NCBI GenBank assembly: GCA_017432845.1
Contig: JAFRIL010000242.1
Location: 1-39,686 of the forward strand
Direction of reading: 5' to 3'
DNA length: 39,686 nucleotides
DNA from: Lachnospiraceae bacterium
Lineage (GTDB): Bacteria; Bacillota; Clostridia; Lachnospirales; Lachnospiraceae
Below the pieces are notes generated by a model. That model ran no database searches. It saw only the letters and a list, made by a program, of their open reading frames with translations, and had not been told where the DNA came from. This document shows positions 7,715-17,382 of this stretch, piece after piece. Within the stretch, counting starts at the first letter, position 1; each line of letters begins with the position of its first letter. Both the position numbers and the translations under genes were made by a program.

Positions 7715-10292
7715 CAGACCGTCAAAAGACAAAATCCGGATATATATACTAGCATTTCTTATCCCCTTTATTATGAGTGGGATTTTCTGGGCACTTTGCC
7801 GGATGTATCCGTTCGGTCCCTATTCGATACTGACGGGAGACATGAATGTCGAGTTCGTCAATTTCTATGCGTATTTTATCAACACTCTTCATTCGAACAA
7901 TGACTGGTCATATATGCTCACCAAGACACTCGGAGGTGATTTTCCGGGGCTTGCGGCGTTCCAGCTTCACGATCCGCTGCTTTTCATTCTGCTCCTTTTT
8001 CCCGGTGATAAGATAGCAGCCGGAATTGAGCTCGTGTTTTCCTTACAGATCTCGATAGCGGGTCTTTGCACATCCGTACTTCTCAACAACAGATACCGCA
8101 CATCATATATATCACTGCTGTTTTCGACGGGATTTTCGTTCTGCTCATTTTTCTTCGGATATCTCGTACTGACGATCTATTTCGGTGCGATAGCAGTAAT
8201 GCCTCTTGTCATCTGTTTCTTTCTCGAGTACATCGATAAAGAGAAAAACCTCATACCGTTTATCATTTCGGCCGCCTATCTGATCTATGTCAATTACCAC
8301 ATGGGATTCATGCTTGTGATCTTTCTGGTGATACTGTATGTTTCCAGGATCATAGCAGATACCGGTGTGATAAAAAGGCTTCCGAAGCTGGCCGCGGCCG
8401 GGGTGACGGCACTTCTTATCGACGGATTCTTTCTGCTTCGGACCGGACTGTCACTTCTTGGTGAGAAGACAACGACAGGAGCCGACTACGGGCTGTACAG
8501 AAGATTTCCGATGAATCAGTTGTTTGCCAGCATGTTTGCAGCCTGCTCCCGAAATGACCTTCGGCCCTTGATATACTGCTCGGTCGCAGCATTTTTCTTT
8601 GCCGTTGTATATTTTATCTCGCCGAAGTTAAGGATCAGGGAAAAGATGGCGAATCTGTTTGTCATCGCAGGCGTTGCCGTCAGTATGTGGATCAATCTAC
8701 TTGATGCCGTATGGCACGGGTTCAACAATCCGGAGGGATTTTACTGGAGATATGCTTATTATGTCAGCATCATAACAGTATGCTGCGGATATAAAGGACT
8801 GATCACGCTTTTTGATGAAGAGGGCAGGAGCAGGAAGAAAACTGTTGCCATATCAGCAGGCGTTATCATCCTCTATATGATATGGCTTCTTGTCATGAAA
8901 AATCCGTATCTTGATACAAGACGGGCAGTCATCAATCTTGCGATCGTGCTCGTGATCACAGCAGCATCGTTTGCGGTGATAAAGGGCGGAGCACCAAGGA
9001 TTGCCGCGCTTGCCGTACTGTTTATACTGTCGGTGCCGGAGGAACTGTACAACGCCACGACATCCTATACTTGCCTTAATGCGGAAGGGGGCACATTCCC
9101 TTTAATGGATGATTTTCGCGAGGAGTACCGCGAGATCGGAAGTGCAGTATCGGATATCAAACAGGCGGATAACGGATTCTACAGAATCGAAAAGGATTTT
9201 GACAGGGGTATCAACGATCCTTCATTGTTTGATTATGTCGGACTGTCGCATGACAGTTCATGTGAGAAGGATGAGATACTTGACTGGCTGACGAACTTCG
9301 GATTCTGCAGGACGGTATATTTTACGTACTACAACGGAGGAAGCACATCGTTTGTCGATGACCTGTTCGGGATAAAGTATTATATCTCGCGGTTTGATTC
9401 CACAGAAAAGCCTTATGAGAGCATCCCGCACGAAGGAAAGTACCATACATACATAAACGGGAATGCGCTGCCGATGGCATATATCGCACCGGAAGGGCTT
9501 AAGGATATCGACCTTACCGCAGGAAATACATTTGAGAAGCAAAACAGGATAGCATCGTGCTGGACCGGGGAGCCGGTATTTACCGATGCGGACTATTCGG
9601 TATCTCTTGATGGTGTCGAGGAGACGAAAAAAGGCCATTTCGAGAAGACGGGTGATGAGGGATATATCGTATATGATATCGATATTACATCGGAGGATCC
9701 GCTGTATTTCTATTTTTCAGCACCACACCGTCAGGAGGGGGAAGTGTTCGTAAACGGGCAGTCGAGGGATGTGTACTTTACGGTCAATCACTGGAACACG
9801 CTCTGTGCCGGAAGATATAAAATCGGTAATGAGCTCGAGATCAGGATGAAGATCCTTGGAGACAGCCTTGACATAGACGAAGCCAGCTTCTACTACGAGG
9901 ATACTGCGGCACTTATGCGGTGGGGAAAGGCGGCAAGGAGTAATAATGCCGGCATAGGCGAGGTTGAAAAGATCAAAAGTTCGCACTTTAAGTTCGAAAC
10001 ACATACCAAGCGTCCTGAGACGGTCATAGTGTCGGTGCCGTATGAGCCTTCGTGGAAGGTAACCTGCGACGGGCAGAAGCTTGAGACGTCGAAGGCCCTC
10101 GGGATGCTTGAGAGCTTTACGGTACCGGAAGGGGACCATGTCATAGAGATGAAATATACTCCGGCGGGAACAGTGCCGGGAGCCGTCCTGTCACTGGCAG
10201 GCCTTATAGCTCTTGCAGTATTAATATTGACCAAGGAAGGGGCTCCTTTTTCCAAAAAATTGTTGAAAAGGTCGAAATTGCCCCAAAATTAG
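7704..10292 (+). CDS. YfhO-family large membrane protein (glycosyltransferase-C-like fold)
   Basis: 862 aa. The N-terminal ~450 aa are polytopic, followed by a large soluble extracytoplasmic domain and one C-terminal TM (AVLSLAGLIALAVLIL). This architecture and length match YfhO. The start overlaps the yhhQ end by 11 nt and has no clear RBS. Confidence 0.7.
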   Translation: MCSDRPSKDKIRIYILAFLIPFIMSGIFWALCRMYPFGPYSILTGDMNVEFVNFYAYFINTLHSNNDWSYMLTKTLGGDFPGLAAFQLHDPLLFILLLFPGDKIAAGIELVFSLQISIAGLCTSVLLNNRYRTSYISLLFSTGFSFCSFFFGYLVLTIYFGAIAVMPLVICFFLEYIDKEKNLIPFIISAAYLIYVNYHMGFMLVIFLVILYVSRIIADTGVIKRLPKLAAAGVTALLIDGFFLLRTGLSLLGEKTTTGADYGLYRRFPMNQLFASMFAACSRNDLRPLIYCSVAAFFFAVVYFISPKLRIREKMANLFVIAGVAVSMWINLLDAVWHGFNNPEGFYWRYAYYVSIITVCCGYKGLITLFDEEGRSRKKTVAISAGVIILYMIWLLVMKNPYLDTRRAVINLAIVLVITAASFAVIKGGAPRIAALAVLFILSVPEELYNATTSYTCLNAEGGTFPLMDDFREEYREIGSAVSDIKQADNGFYRIEKDFDRGINDPSLFDYVGLSHDSSCEKDEILDWLTNFGFCRTVYFTYYNGGSTSFVDDLFGIKYYISRFDSTEKPYESIPHEGKYHTYINGNALPMAYIAPEGLKDIDLTAGNTFEKQNRIASCWTGEPVFTDADYSVSLDGVEETKKGHFEKTGDEGYIVYDIDITSEDPLYFYFSAPHRQEGEVFVNGQSRDVYFTVNHWNTLCAGRYKIGNELEIRMKILGDSLDIDEASFYYEDTAALMRWGKAARSNNAGIGEVEKIKSSHFKFETHTKRPETVIVSVPYEPSWKVTCDGQKLETSKALGMLESFTVPEGDHVIEMKYTPAGTVPGAVLSLAGLIALAVLILTKEGAPFSKKLLKRSKLPQN

Positions 10293-10306
10293 GAATTGAC
10301 GTACTA

Positions 10307-10322
10307 AAATCATATGATTTTG
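10307..10322. promoter_or_regulatory. Perfect 16-bp palindrome, candidate operator upstream of the Na/Pi cotransporter gene
   Basis: AAAATCATATGATTTT, 44 nt before ATG 10366. A further CATGATT half-site-like copy lies about 25 nt downstream. Confidence 0.35.
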
Positions 10323-10365
10323 CTATACTGTAGATGTTACAACACATGATTCAGAGGATGAAATA

Positions 10366-12186
10366 ATGTACATTTTCAGTGTGATCTCACTGCTTGGCGG
10401 ACTGGCCCTGTTCCTGTACGGAATGAGGCTTATGGGTAATAACCTCAAAGAGAGTTCGTCAGGAACCCTGAAGATCGTTATAGGCAAGATCACAGACAAC
10501 CCTTTAAAAGCATTCTTTCTCGGGATGATAATAACAGCTATCATCCAGTCATCAACGGCAACCATCGTTATCACATCAGGCCTCGTTGCAGCAGGCGTTC
10601 TGTCGCTCGACCAGTCACTCGGTATAATAATCGGAGCCAACGTCGGTACGACGGTAACGGGTCAGATCATAAGGCTCCTCGATCTTAACGCAGAGAGCGG
10701 ATCGCTCCTTCAGTTTTTCCAACCGTCAACACTTGCACCGCTTGCCCTGATCTTCGGTATCATCCTGATCATGGCATTCAAGTTCAAAAGAGCAGACAAT
10801 ATAGGTAACATCGCCATCGGATTCGGTATACTCTTTACCGGTCTTATGAACATGACGAGTGCCGTAACTTCATTTTCCGAGAGCGGAATGGTGGACAGAC
10901 TGTTTGAGAATATGGGTAACAATCCGGTCATCGGATATCTGACAGGTGCATCCATTGCATTCGTGCTCCAGAGTTCTTCGGCCACGATCGGTATGCTGCA
11001 GGCTTTTTCCCAGGCAGGTAACATTCCGTTCAAGGTTGTGTATGTCGTGATCGTCGGCGTATATCTCGGAGACTGTGTGACAACGGGTATCGTCTGTTCT
11101 ATAGGCGCCAAGGCCGATTCCAAAAGAGTCGGTATGATAAACATCCTCTATAACATAGCAAAGACGATACTTGTTCTCGTGACCGTGACGATCCTGTATC
11201 ACATGGGGATCATCGATGGCCTGTGGAACAAAGTGATGAGATCCGGCGATATAGCTAATACGAACAGTGTGTTCAACCTTGTATGCGCTGTCGTGCTTCT
11301 TCCGGTGAGCAAGCTGATCAAGAATCTGGCCGATAAGATCGTTAAGGATGATCCGACATCAAAGGGCAAATATGCGGACAGGGTCACGGCACTCAATCCC
11401 GTGTTCTTCAGGACTCCGGCTATCGCATTCGGAGGATGTTACGATGTTTTGACGATAATGTTCAATGCGGCGACAGATAACATTTCAAAGGCATTTGAAT
11501 CAATAAACAGCTATAACGGAGACCTGATAGAAGAGATACATGAAGAGGAAGAGAACATAGATTACCTGACCGACCGTGTCGATAAATATCTGGTTCAGTT
11601 GGCCCCGTATGTTTCAGAAGACCTTCATATCAGGATACTCAAACAGTACCACAAGTTTGTTTCGGAGTTTGAACACCTGGGGGACTATGCGGATAAGATG
11701 GCGGATGCTGCCACAACACTTCATGAAGAGAGGATCGTTTTCTCGGATACCGCCAGAGGTGAGATAGAACTTACCCGGAAACTGGTCGGACAGATACTTG
11801 AATATTCATCCAAGGCTTTTGAGAAAAGGGACATCAGTGCCGCTTATCATATCGAACCGAGCGTGAGCGTACTTCAGGATCTTGCATCCACGCTCCACGA
11901 CAATCATCTGGTGAGGCTTCGCGAGGGACAGTGCACGGTCCGCGCAGGTGTCATATTCTCGGATATCCTTGCAAACATCGAGAGGATCGGAAAGACCTGT
12001 TCGAACATAGGAATAGCCACGATAGCAAGAGTCAGCTCCGAGGTTGACAACCGCAGGCACTCATACACTTCTTCTATCCACCAGGGCAAGAACGAGGAAT
12101 ATAACAAAGAGTACGAGAGAGTTCATAAGCAGTATTATGATGAGCTTTTGTCGATAGCCGGAGATTCGGAGGTCGAATATGCTTAA
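10366..12186 (+). CDS. Na+/phosphate cotransporter family protein (NptA/YjbB-like) with C-terminal PhoU-like domain
   Basis: Duplicated Na/Pi-II repeat signatures (IIQSSTATIVIT and VLQSSSATIGML). The soluble C-terminal ~230 aa are helical and PhoU-like. RBS AGAGGATGAAATA-ATG. Confidence 0.85.
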   Translation: MYIFSVISLLGGLALFLYGMRLMGNNLKESSSGTLKIVIGKITDNPLKAFFLGMIITAIIQSSTATIVITSGLVAAGVLSLDQSLGIIIGANVGTTVTGQIIRLLDLNAESGSLLQFFQPSTLAPLALIFGIILIMAFKFKRADNIGNIAIGFGILFTGLMNMTSAVTSFSESGMVDRLFENMGNNPVIGYLTGASIAFVLQSSSATIGMLQAFSQAGNIPFKVVYVVIVGVYLGDCVTTGIVCSIGAKADSKRVGMINILYNIAKTILVLVTVTILYHMGIIDGLWNKVMRSGDIANTNSVFNLVCAVVLLPVSKLIKNLADKIVKDDPTSKGKYADRVTALNPVFFRTPAIAFGGCYDVLTIMFNAATDNISKAFESINSYNGDLIEEIHEEEENIDYLTDRVDKYLVQLAPYVSEDLHIRILKQYHKFVSEFEHLGDYADKMADAATTLHEERIVFSDTARGEIELTRKLVGQILEYSSKAFEKRDISAAYHIEPSVSVLQDLASTLHDNHLVRLREGQCTVRAGVIFSDILANIERIGKTCSNIGIATIARVSSEVDNRRHSYTSSIHQGKNEEYNKEYERVHKQYYDELLSIAGDSEVEYA

Positions 12187-12772
12187 GCTTATCAGACATA
12201 TAAGGACCGTTAACGAACACAGAAGGATGGTAAGGCGCGGGTGTTTCCGTGTCGGGCTGTACTGGCAGGGGCTCGTTCATGACCTCAGCAAGTATTCACC
12301 GTCAGAGCTGTTTGTGGGAGCCAAATACTATCAGGGATTCCGCAGCCCCAACAATGCGGAGCGTGAGGCCAAGGGATACTCCGAGGCCTGGATCCATCAC
12401 AAGGGAAGGAATAAACATCATTACGAATACTGGACGGATTATCTTCCCGGACACGGGGAAGGAGAGTCACATGTCATAGTCCCGACCAGGATGCCCACCA
12501 GGTATCTTGTCGAGATGTACGTGGACAGGGTTGCAGCCTCGGCCATATACAACAAGGGACACTACACCGAAGACATGCCGCTTAAGTATTTCAAAAAAGG
12601 CGACTATACACATCTGATGGAAGAGCACACAAGGCGCGAACTTGAAAAGCTTTTGACCATGCTCGCGTCAAACGGCTCCGAAGTGACCGAGAGTTATATC
12701 AGAAACGTGATACTTAAGCATTATCCGGCAGCAAGGATAGCGGAAGCGCTTCATAACCGCAAGAGAAGATAA
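12179..12772 (+). CDS. DUF5662-like protein with HD-type motif (possible metal-dependent phosphohydrolase)
   Basis: 197 aa. The start overlaps the cotransporter stop by 8 nt, with RBS GGAGGTCGAAT-ATG. Contains GLVHDLSKY (HD) and HHKGRNKHHYEYW His clusters. The family name is from memory. Confidence 0.5.
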   Translation: MLKLIRHIRTVNEHRRMVRRGCFRVGLYWQGLVHDLSKYSPSELFVGAKYYQGFRSPNNAEREAKGYSEAWIHHKGRNKHHYEYWTDYLPGHGEGESHVIVPTRMPTRYLVEMYVDRVAASAIYNKGHYTEDMPLKYFKKGDYTHLMEEHTRRELEKLLTMLASNGSEVTESYIRNVILKHYPAARIAEALHNRKRR

Positions 12773-12773
12773 T

Positions 12774-13457
12774 ATGGCAACAAAGAGGACCAAAGAGATT
12801 CTTGGCATTTTCATGGATATGTATTCCGATGAGGTAAGGTGTTACCTTGACCATGATGATGCGTGGCAGTTGCTTGTGGCAACGATATTGTCCGCACAGT
12901 GTACCGATGCGAGAGTCAATATGGTAACGCCGAAGCTCTTTGCCAAATACCCGACGGTGGCAGACCTTGCGGATGCCGATCTTTCTGAGCTTGAGCGCGA
13001 TATCAGGCAGACGGGATTTTATCATAACAAAGCGAAGAACATCAAAGCGTGTGCGAAGATGCTGCTTACTGATTTTGACGGAGAGGTTCCGTCTGATATA
13101 GATGATCTGACACGTCTTCCGGGCGTCGGCCGCAAGACGGCAAATGTTATAAGAGGAAATATCTACGGGATAGAGAGTATCGTTGTTGATACGCATGTGA
13201 AGCGGATCTCAAACAGACTGGGACTGACAAAAGAGGATGATCCCGTCAGGATAGAATATGATCTGATGCGTGCGATACCGAAGGATTACTGGATACTTAT
13301 CAATATCTGGTTCATCACTTTTGGGAGGACTCGGTGTACGGCACGTTCTCCAGAATGTCAAGGATGTCAGCTGGCAGGATACTGCCGGGATCGCCGGACG
13401 AAGAGCTCTGTGAAGAAGACTCCTGCCGGTCGGAAGGGTCATCATCGGACAATTTGA
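12774..13457 (+). CDS. nth: Endonuclease III (DNA glycosylase/AP lyase)
   Basis: HhH-GPD signature LTRLPGVGRKTANVI, VVDTHVKRI, and the 4Fe-4S loop CTARSPECQGCQLAGYC (C-X6-C-X2-C-X5-C). Confidence 0.9.
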   Translation: MATKRTKEILGIFMDMYSDEVRCYLDHDDAWQLLVATILSAQCTDARVNMVTPKLFAKYPTVADLADADLSELERDIRQTGFYHNKAKNIKACAKMLLTDFDGEVPSDIDDLTRLPGVGRKTANVIRGNIYGIESIVVDTHVKRISNRLGLTKEDDPVRIEYDLMRAIPKDYWILINIWFITFGRTRCTARSPECQGCQLAGYCRDRRTKSSVKKTPAGRKGHHRTI

Positions 13458-14082
13458 TAACGGATGACGTATGCTCATCGAGTATATTCTGCAGTTTGGA
13501 GATCGTTGAATTCCTGGTAAGGGATCTTATGTTTCCGGCACAGTTAATAAGACGCTGTATCTCGACATACAGTCCGCGCTCGGCGTATATCTCGGCAAGA
13601 GTCGTATAGTTAAGAGACAGATCGGTCCCGACCCGGACTCCGACGTTAAGAGTCGCTACCGCTTCATCGGTATAACCGGCATTTTTGTATTCGATGCCAA
13701 GGTCAAGGATCGCTTTGCACAGTGTTGTGAAGTTCTGATCATATTCGGACAGTATCGGAAGATTGGGTGCGCCGTATGTCAGCTTCAGATCCGTATTGGA
13801 TATGCCGGTAAGGTTTACGATCTTTTTTTCGGATAGCATCCTGATCTGGCCGATGAGTGCGGCACAGTTTTCGTTTATGGCAGGGTCCGGAGCTGGAATT
13901 GAATCGACGGGAACATTTATAAAATCAAGGTCGTCAAGAGGCTTCTTTAGAGTGTTGTTGGCTGCCCGTTCCCGTTCGTTGAAGTTTCTGAGTCCGTCCT
14001 CAGGTCCTTTGAGCGTCATCTTCATGAACACGAATATGAATCCGGCAACTATCACAATGGTTGTAAACAGAGGAGATATCAT
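13315..14082 (-). CDS. Hypothetical N-terminally anchored protein with helical-repeat region and Ser/Asp-rich tail
   Basis: 255-aa ORF. It has an N-terminal TM (ISPLFTTIVIVAGFIFVFM), a TPR-like helical stretch (AGYTDEAVATLNVGV...LAEIYAERGLY), and a low-complexity C-terminus that overlaps the 3' end of nth. I recognise no family. Confidence 0.5.
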   Translation of the reverse strand: MISPLFTTIVIVAGFIFVFMKMTLKGPEDGLRNFNERERAANNTLKKPLDDLDFINVPVDSIPAPDPAINENCAALIGQIRMLSEKKIVNLTGISNTDLKLTYGAPNLPILSEYDQNFTTLCKAILDLGIEYKNAGYTDEAVATLNVGVRVGTDLSLNYTTLAEIYAERGLYVEIQRLINCAGNIRSLTRNSTISKLQNILDEHTSSVIKLSDDDPSDRQESSSQSSSSGDPGSILPADILDILENVPYTESSQK

Positions 14083-14121
14083 ATATAATTACCTATCAAC
14101 ATATTTTATGAGGAAAATCAT

Positions 14122-14229
14122 ATGATGAACTTTCATAAGAAAAAAACAAAGCAGGCGGTATCGGCGGTGATCATTGCGATCCTCGTTCTCGCGATGCTCG
14201 TTCCTACATTAATGTATCTTGTATCATAA
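14122..14229 (+). CDS. Candidate 35-aa single-pass membrane micro-protein
   Basis: Below the size cut-off of the supplied track. GAGGAAAATCAT-ATG, then MMNFHKKKTKQAVSAVIIAILVLAMLVPTLMYLVS, stop at 14227-14229. It has a basic N-terminus followed by one hydrophobic helix, and sits directly upstream of vanW. Confidence 0.35.
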   Translation: MMNFHKKKTKQAVSAVIIAILVLAMLVPTLMYLVS

Positions 14230-14239
14230 ATAAAAAAGA

Positions 14240-15868
14240 GTGTCAATTACGATGAAGTGCTTCAGGATTATCAAAATATCATCCTTATTTGCGATCACGG
14301 CAGCTTTTGCGATATGCCGTGATGTTTCATCGTACGCTTTTTCCGGAGAGGACGTGTTTGCCGGAGCAAACGGCCTGGTAAAGGAAGCGGTTGACACGAT
14401 AAGAAACGGCGCGCTTCCCGAAGGAGACGGTGCATCATTTAACATGGATATCGAGCCGATGGTCGAGCGTGACCTTTCCGGCACGATCATGAAAGGCATC
14501 TATGTTGATGATATCGATCTGTCGGGCAAGACATACGATGAAGCAGTTAAGCTCATTAAGGACAAGGTCAGCGCGATGTCGGGTGCGAACATCACGCTTC
14601 ACTCTATAGGAGAGAACAGCGTAACGGTCACTGCAGCGGAGCTTGGCATGACATGGGATGATACGAACATGGTCGCGGATGCCCTGTATGTAGGCAGGAG
14701 TGGCAATCTCGTGGAGAGGTACAAAGAGCGCAAGGATCTTGAACATAACAAAAAGGTATATCCGCTTAATGTGGATTTTGACAGACAGATCGTTTCGTCG
14801 ATAGTTACCGAGCAGGGCGAACTCCATAACGTTGAGGCACAAAATGCAACGCTGTCCAAGGCTGACGGAGACTTTATGATCACTCCCGGCACGACCGGTG
14901 AGAAGATAGACGTTAATGCGTCGGTATCGAGGATAATGTCGGGCCTGGATAATTTTACGGGCAGCGACATGTCATTTGATATGGTTGTGATCGAAGATGT
15001 TCCGAAGGCAAGTGCCGAGGATCTTGAGAAGATACATGACATCATAGGAAGCTTTAAGACAAGCTTTTCCACATCAGGTGCCGACAGGTCAGGAAATGTA
15101 CGTAACGGTACGAGACTTGTTAACGGAACCGTGCTCCTTCCGGGAGACCAGTTCTCCATGTATGAAACGGTCAGCCCGTTTACAGAAGAGAACGGATATT
15201 TCCTTGCAGGTTCATATCTTAACGGAATGGTCGTAGAGAGTCTTGGCGGAGGTATATGCCAGGTAAGCTCGACACTTTATAATGCGGTGCTGCGTGCTGA
15301 ACTTCAGGTGGACGAGCGACATAATCATTCCATGATAGTCTCATATGTCGATCTGTCAAGCGATGCGGCAATATCCGGAACGAGCAAGGATTTCAAGTTC
15401 ACCAACAATTCGGAATACCCGATCTATATAGAAGGGATAACCACTTCAGAGAAACAGATCATATTCAACATCTACGGTGTTGAGACAAGACCCGATAACA
15501 GAAAGGTCTCATTTGAGAGCGAACAGCTGTCGGAGACTGTGCCGGAAGGTGACAAGATCATCGCGGATCCTGCGGCGCCGATCGGATCGATCTCGACGCA
15601 ATCAGCTCACACGGGGTATACGGGTAAGCTTTGGAAGATAGTGACTGTTGACGGTAAAGAGACCGAGAGGACCGAAGTGAACAGGAGTACTTATCTTCCC
15701 ACACCGAGGACTGCTACGGTCGGAACGGCGACGGACAATCCTGCGGCCAAGGCGATGATAGATGCCGCGATAGCATCAGGTTCCATTGACGCGGTCAAGT
15801 CCACGATTGGCGAACTTAATGCTGAGGCAGCAGCTGCAGCAGCGGCGGCAGCCGCGTTCGGACTGTAA
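14240..15868 (+). CDS. VanW-family protein (signal/anchor, PG-binding-like region, VanW domain, G5-like domain)
   Basis: VanW core strings GGGICQVSSTLYNAVLRAEL and ERHNHS. There is an N-terminal hydrophobic signal/anchor. The start is either GTG 14240 or ATG 14252 (MKCFRII...). The protein ends in A10-FGL. Confidence 0.8.
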   Translation: MSITMKCFRIIKISSLFAITAAFAICRDVSSYAFSGEDVFAGANGLVKEAVDTIRNGALPEGDGASFNMDIEPMVERDLSGTIMKGIYVDDIDLSGKTYDEAVKLIKDKVSAMSGANITLHSIGENSVTVTAAELGMTWDDTNMVADALYVGRSGNLVERYKERKDLEHNKKVYPLNVDFDRQIVSSIVTEQGELHNVEAQNATLSKADGDFMITPGTTGEKIDVNASVSRIMSGLDNFTGSDMSFDMVVIEDVPKASAEDLEKIHDIIGSFKTSFSTSGADRSGNVRNGTRLVNGTVLLPGDQFSMYETVSPFTEENGYFLAGSYLNGMVVESLGGGICQVSSTLYNAVLRAELQVDERHNHSMIVSYVDLSSDAAISGTSKDFKFTNNSEYPIYIEGITTSEKQIIFNIYGVETRPDNRKVSFESEQLSETVPEGDKIIADPAAPIGSISTQSAHTGYTGKLWKIVTVDGKETERTEVNRSTYLPTPRTATVGTATDNPAAKAMIDAAIASGSIDAVKSTIGELNAEAAAAAAAAAAFGL

Positions 15869-15877
15869 CGTCATAAG

Positions 15878-16891
15878 GTGGACCAGATGCTTAAAGTGGG
15901 TAAGGTACCCGAGAGTGTACTCACAAGATCGATAATCAGACAGATAAAGACAAAACGTGATGAGATAGTCATCGGGGCCAGAGTCGGTGAAGACTGTGCG
16001 GCTATTCAGCTGGCAGAAGGTGAACTCTTTGTGACATCGACCGATCCGATAACCGGAACGGGACATGATGTCGGAGCCCTGTCGGTTCATGTGACCGCAA
16101 ATGACATTGCATCATCCGGTGCCGAGGTAATAGGGATCATGTTGTCGATCCTTCTGCCGGAAGGAACGGAAGAGTCAGAGCTCAGGCAGATCATGCAGCA
16201 GGTCGAGGAAGTATGCGGCAGGCTGAACATACAGACGGTCGGCGGACATACAGAGGTAACTTCCGTTGTCAATCAGCCGGTCATTACCGCGACCGGGATC
16301 GGTAAGGTCAGAGCAGATAAGCTTGTGACCACTGCGGGTGCTATGGCCGGTGATGATGTCGTGATCACGAAGTGGATCGGACTTGAAGGGACCAGCATCA
16401 TCGCCAAGGAGGAGGAAGAGCACCTTCGCAGGCGTTTTCCGGCATCCCTCGTTGATACGGCAAAGGGTTTCGAGCAGTTCCTGTCGGTCGTGGCCGATGC
16501 CAGGGAAGCGACTGCCGTAGGAGTGACGGCAATGCATGACGTGACCGAAGGCGGAGTGTTCGGAGCGCTGTGGGAAGTTGCCGAGGCAAGCGGTGTGGGA
16601 CTGGACGTTGAGCTTCTTGATATCCCCGTCAGGCAGGAGACTGTGGAGATATGCGAGGAATACGGCATCAGCCCTTATCAGCTGATCTCAAGCGGATCGA
16701 TGCTGATCACTGCCAAGAATGGTCCGGAAGTTGTCAGGCGCCTTAAGGCGGCAGGCATCAACGCAGCGGTGATCGGAAAGGTTACCGAAGGCCGGGACAG
16801 GATACTTCGAAACGGCGACGAAGTAAGATATCTAACACCGCCTGTTGCCGATGAGTTGTATAAAGTTATCAGGAGAAAGGATGACAAATGA
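15878..16891 (+). CDS. AIR-synthase-related (PurM/ThiL/HypE superfamily) protein of unknown substrate
   Basis: RBS AAGGTGGACCAG-ATG. Contains GEDCAAI, STDPITG, GGHTEV and DVTEGGV strings in PurM-superfamily order. It lacks the HypE C-terminal Cys and the SelD N-terminal Cys/Sec. Confidence 0.75.
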   Translation: MDQMLKVGKVPESVLTRSIIRQIKTKRDEIVIGARVGEDCAAIQLAEGELFVTSTDPITGTGHDVGALSVHVTANDIASSGAEVIGIMLSILLPEGTEESELRQIMQQVEEVCGRLNIQTVGGHTEVTSVVNQPVITATGIGKVRADKLVTTAGAMAGDDVVITKWIGLEGTSIIAKEEEEHLRRRFPASLVDTAKGFEQFLSVVADAREATAVGVTAMHDVTEGGVFGALWEVAEASGVGLDVELLDIPVRQETVEICEEYGISPYQLISSGSMLITAKNGPEVVRRLKAAGINAAVIGKVTEGRDRILRNGDEVRYLTPPVADELYKVIRRKDDK

Positions 16892-17382
16892 AGAGCGATA
16901 TAAGAAAAGAGATTCTGGGATATATTGAAAGAAACGCAAGAGTCGATCTGAAAGAGGTTGCGGTATGTCTCGGACTTACCGAAGTCGATGTGGCAAATGA
17001 GCTTTCCGCCATGGAGAGCGAAGGGATCATCTGCGGATACCATACACTCATAGACTGGGAGAAGGTTACGGAAGAGAGGATCCACGCGCTCATCGAGGTA
17101 AAGGTCACACCAAAGCGCGACAAAGGTTTTGACGATATAGCCGAAAGGATATACAAGTACCCCGAAGTACAGTCAACATATCTTATAAGCGGGGGATTTG
17201 ATCTTCTCGTGTTTATGGAAGGCAAGACGCTCCGTGAGATCTCAACATTTGTTTCGCAGAAGCTCTCCACGCTCGACTCGGTCCTTTCAACAACAACGCA
17301 TTTCATTCTGCATAAATACAAGGATTACGGCGTAATCTTCAATCAGAAGAAAGAAGACGAAAGGATGATCATGACACCATGA
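16888..17382 (+). CDS. Lrp/AsnC-family transcriptional regulator
   Basis: 164 aa. N-terminal HTH (ILGYIERNARVDLKEVAVCLGLTEVDVANELSAMESEGII) plus a C-terminal RAM/ACT-like domain. Shares an ATGA overlap with the upstream gene. Confidence 0.85.
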   Translation: MKSDIRKEILGYIERNARVDLKEVAVCLGLTEVDVANELSAMESEGIICGYHTLIDWEKVTEERIHALIEVKVTPKRDKGFDDIAERIYKYPEVQSTYLISGGFDLLVFMEGKTLREISTFVSQKLSTLDSVLSTTTHFILHKYKDYGVIFNQKKEDERMIMTP

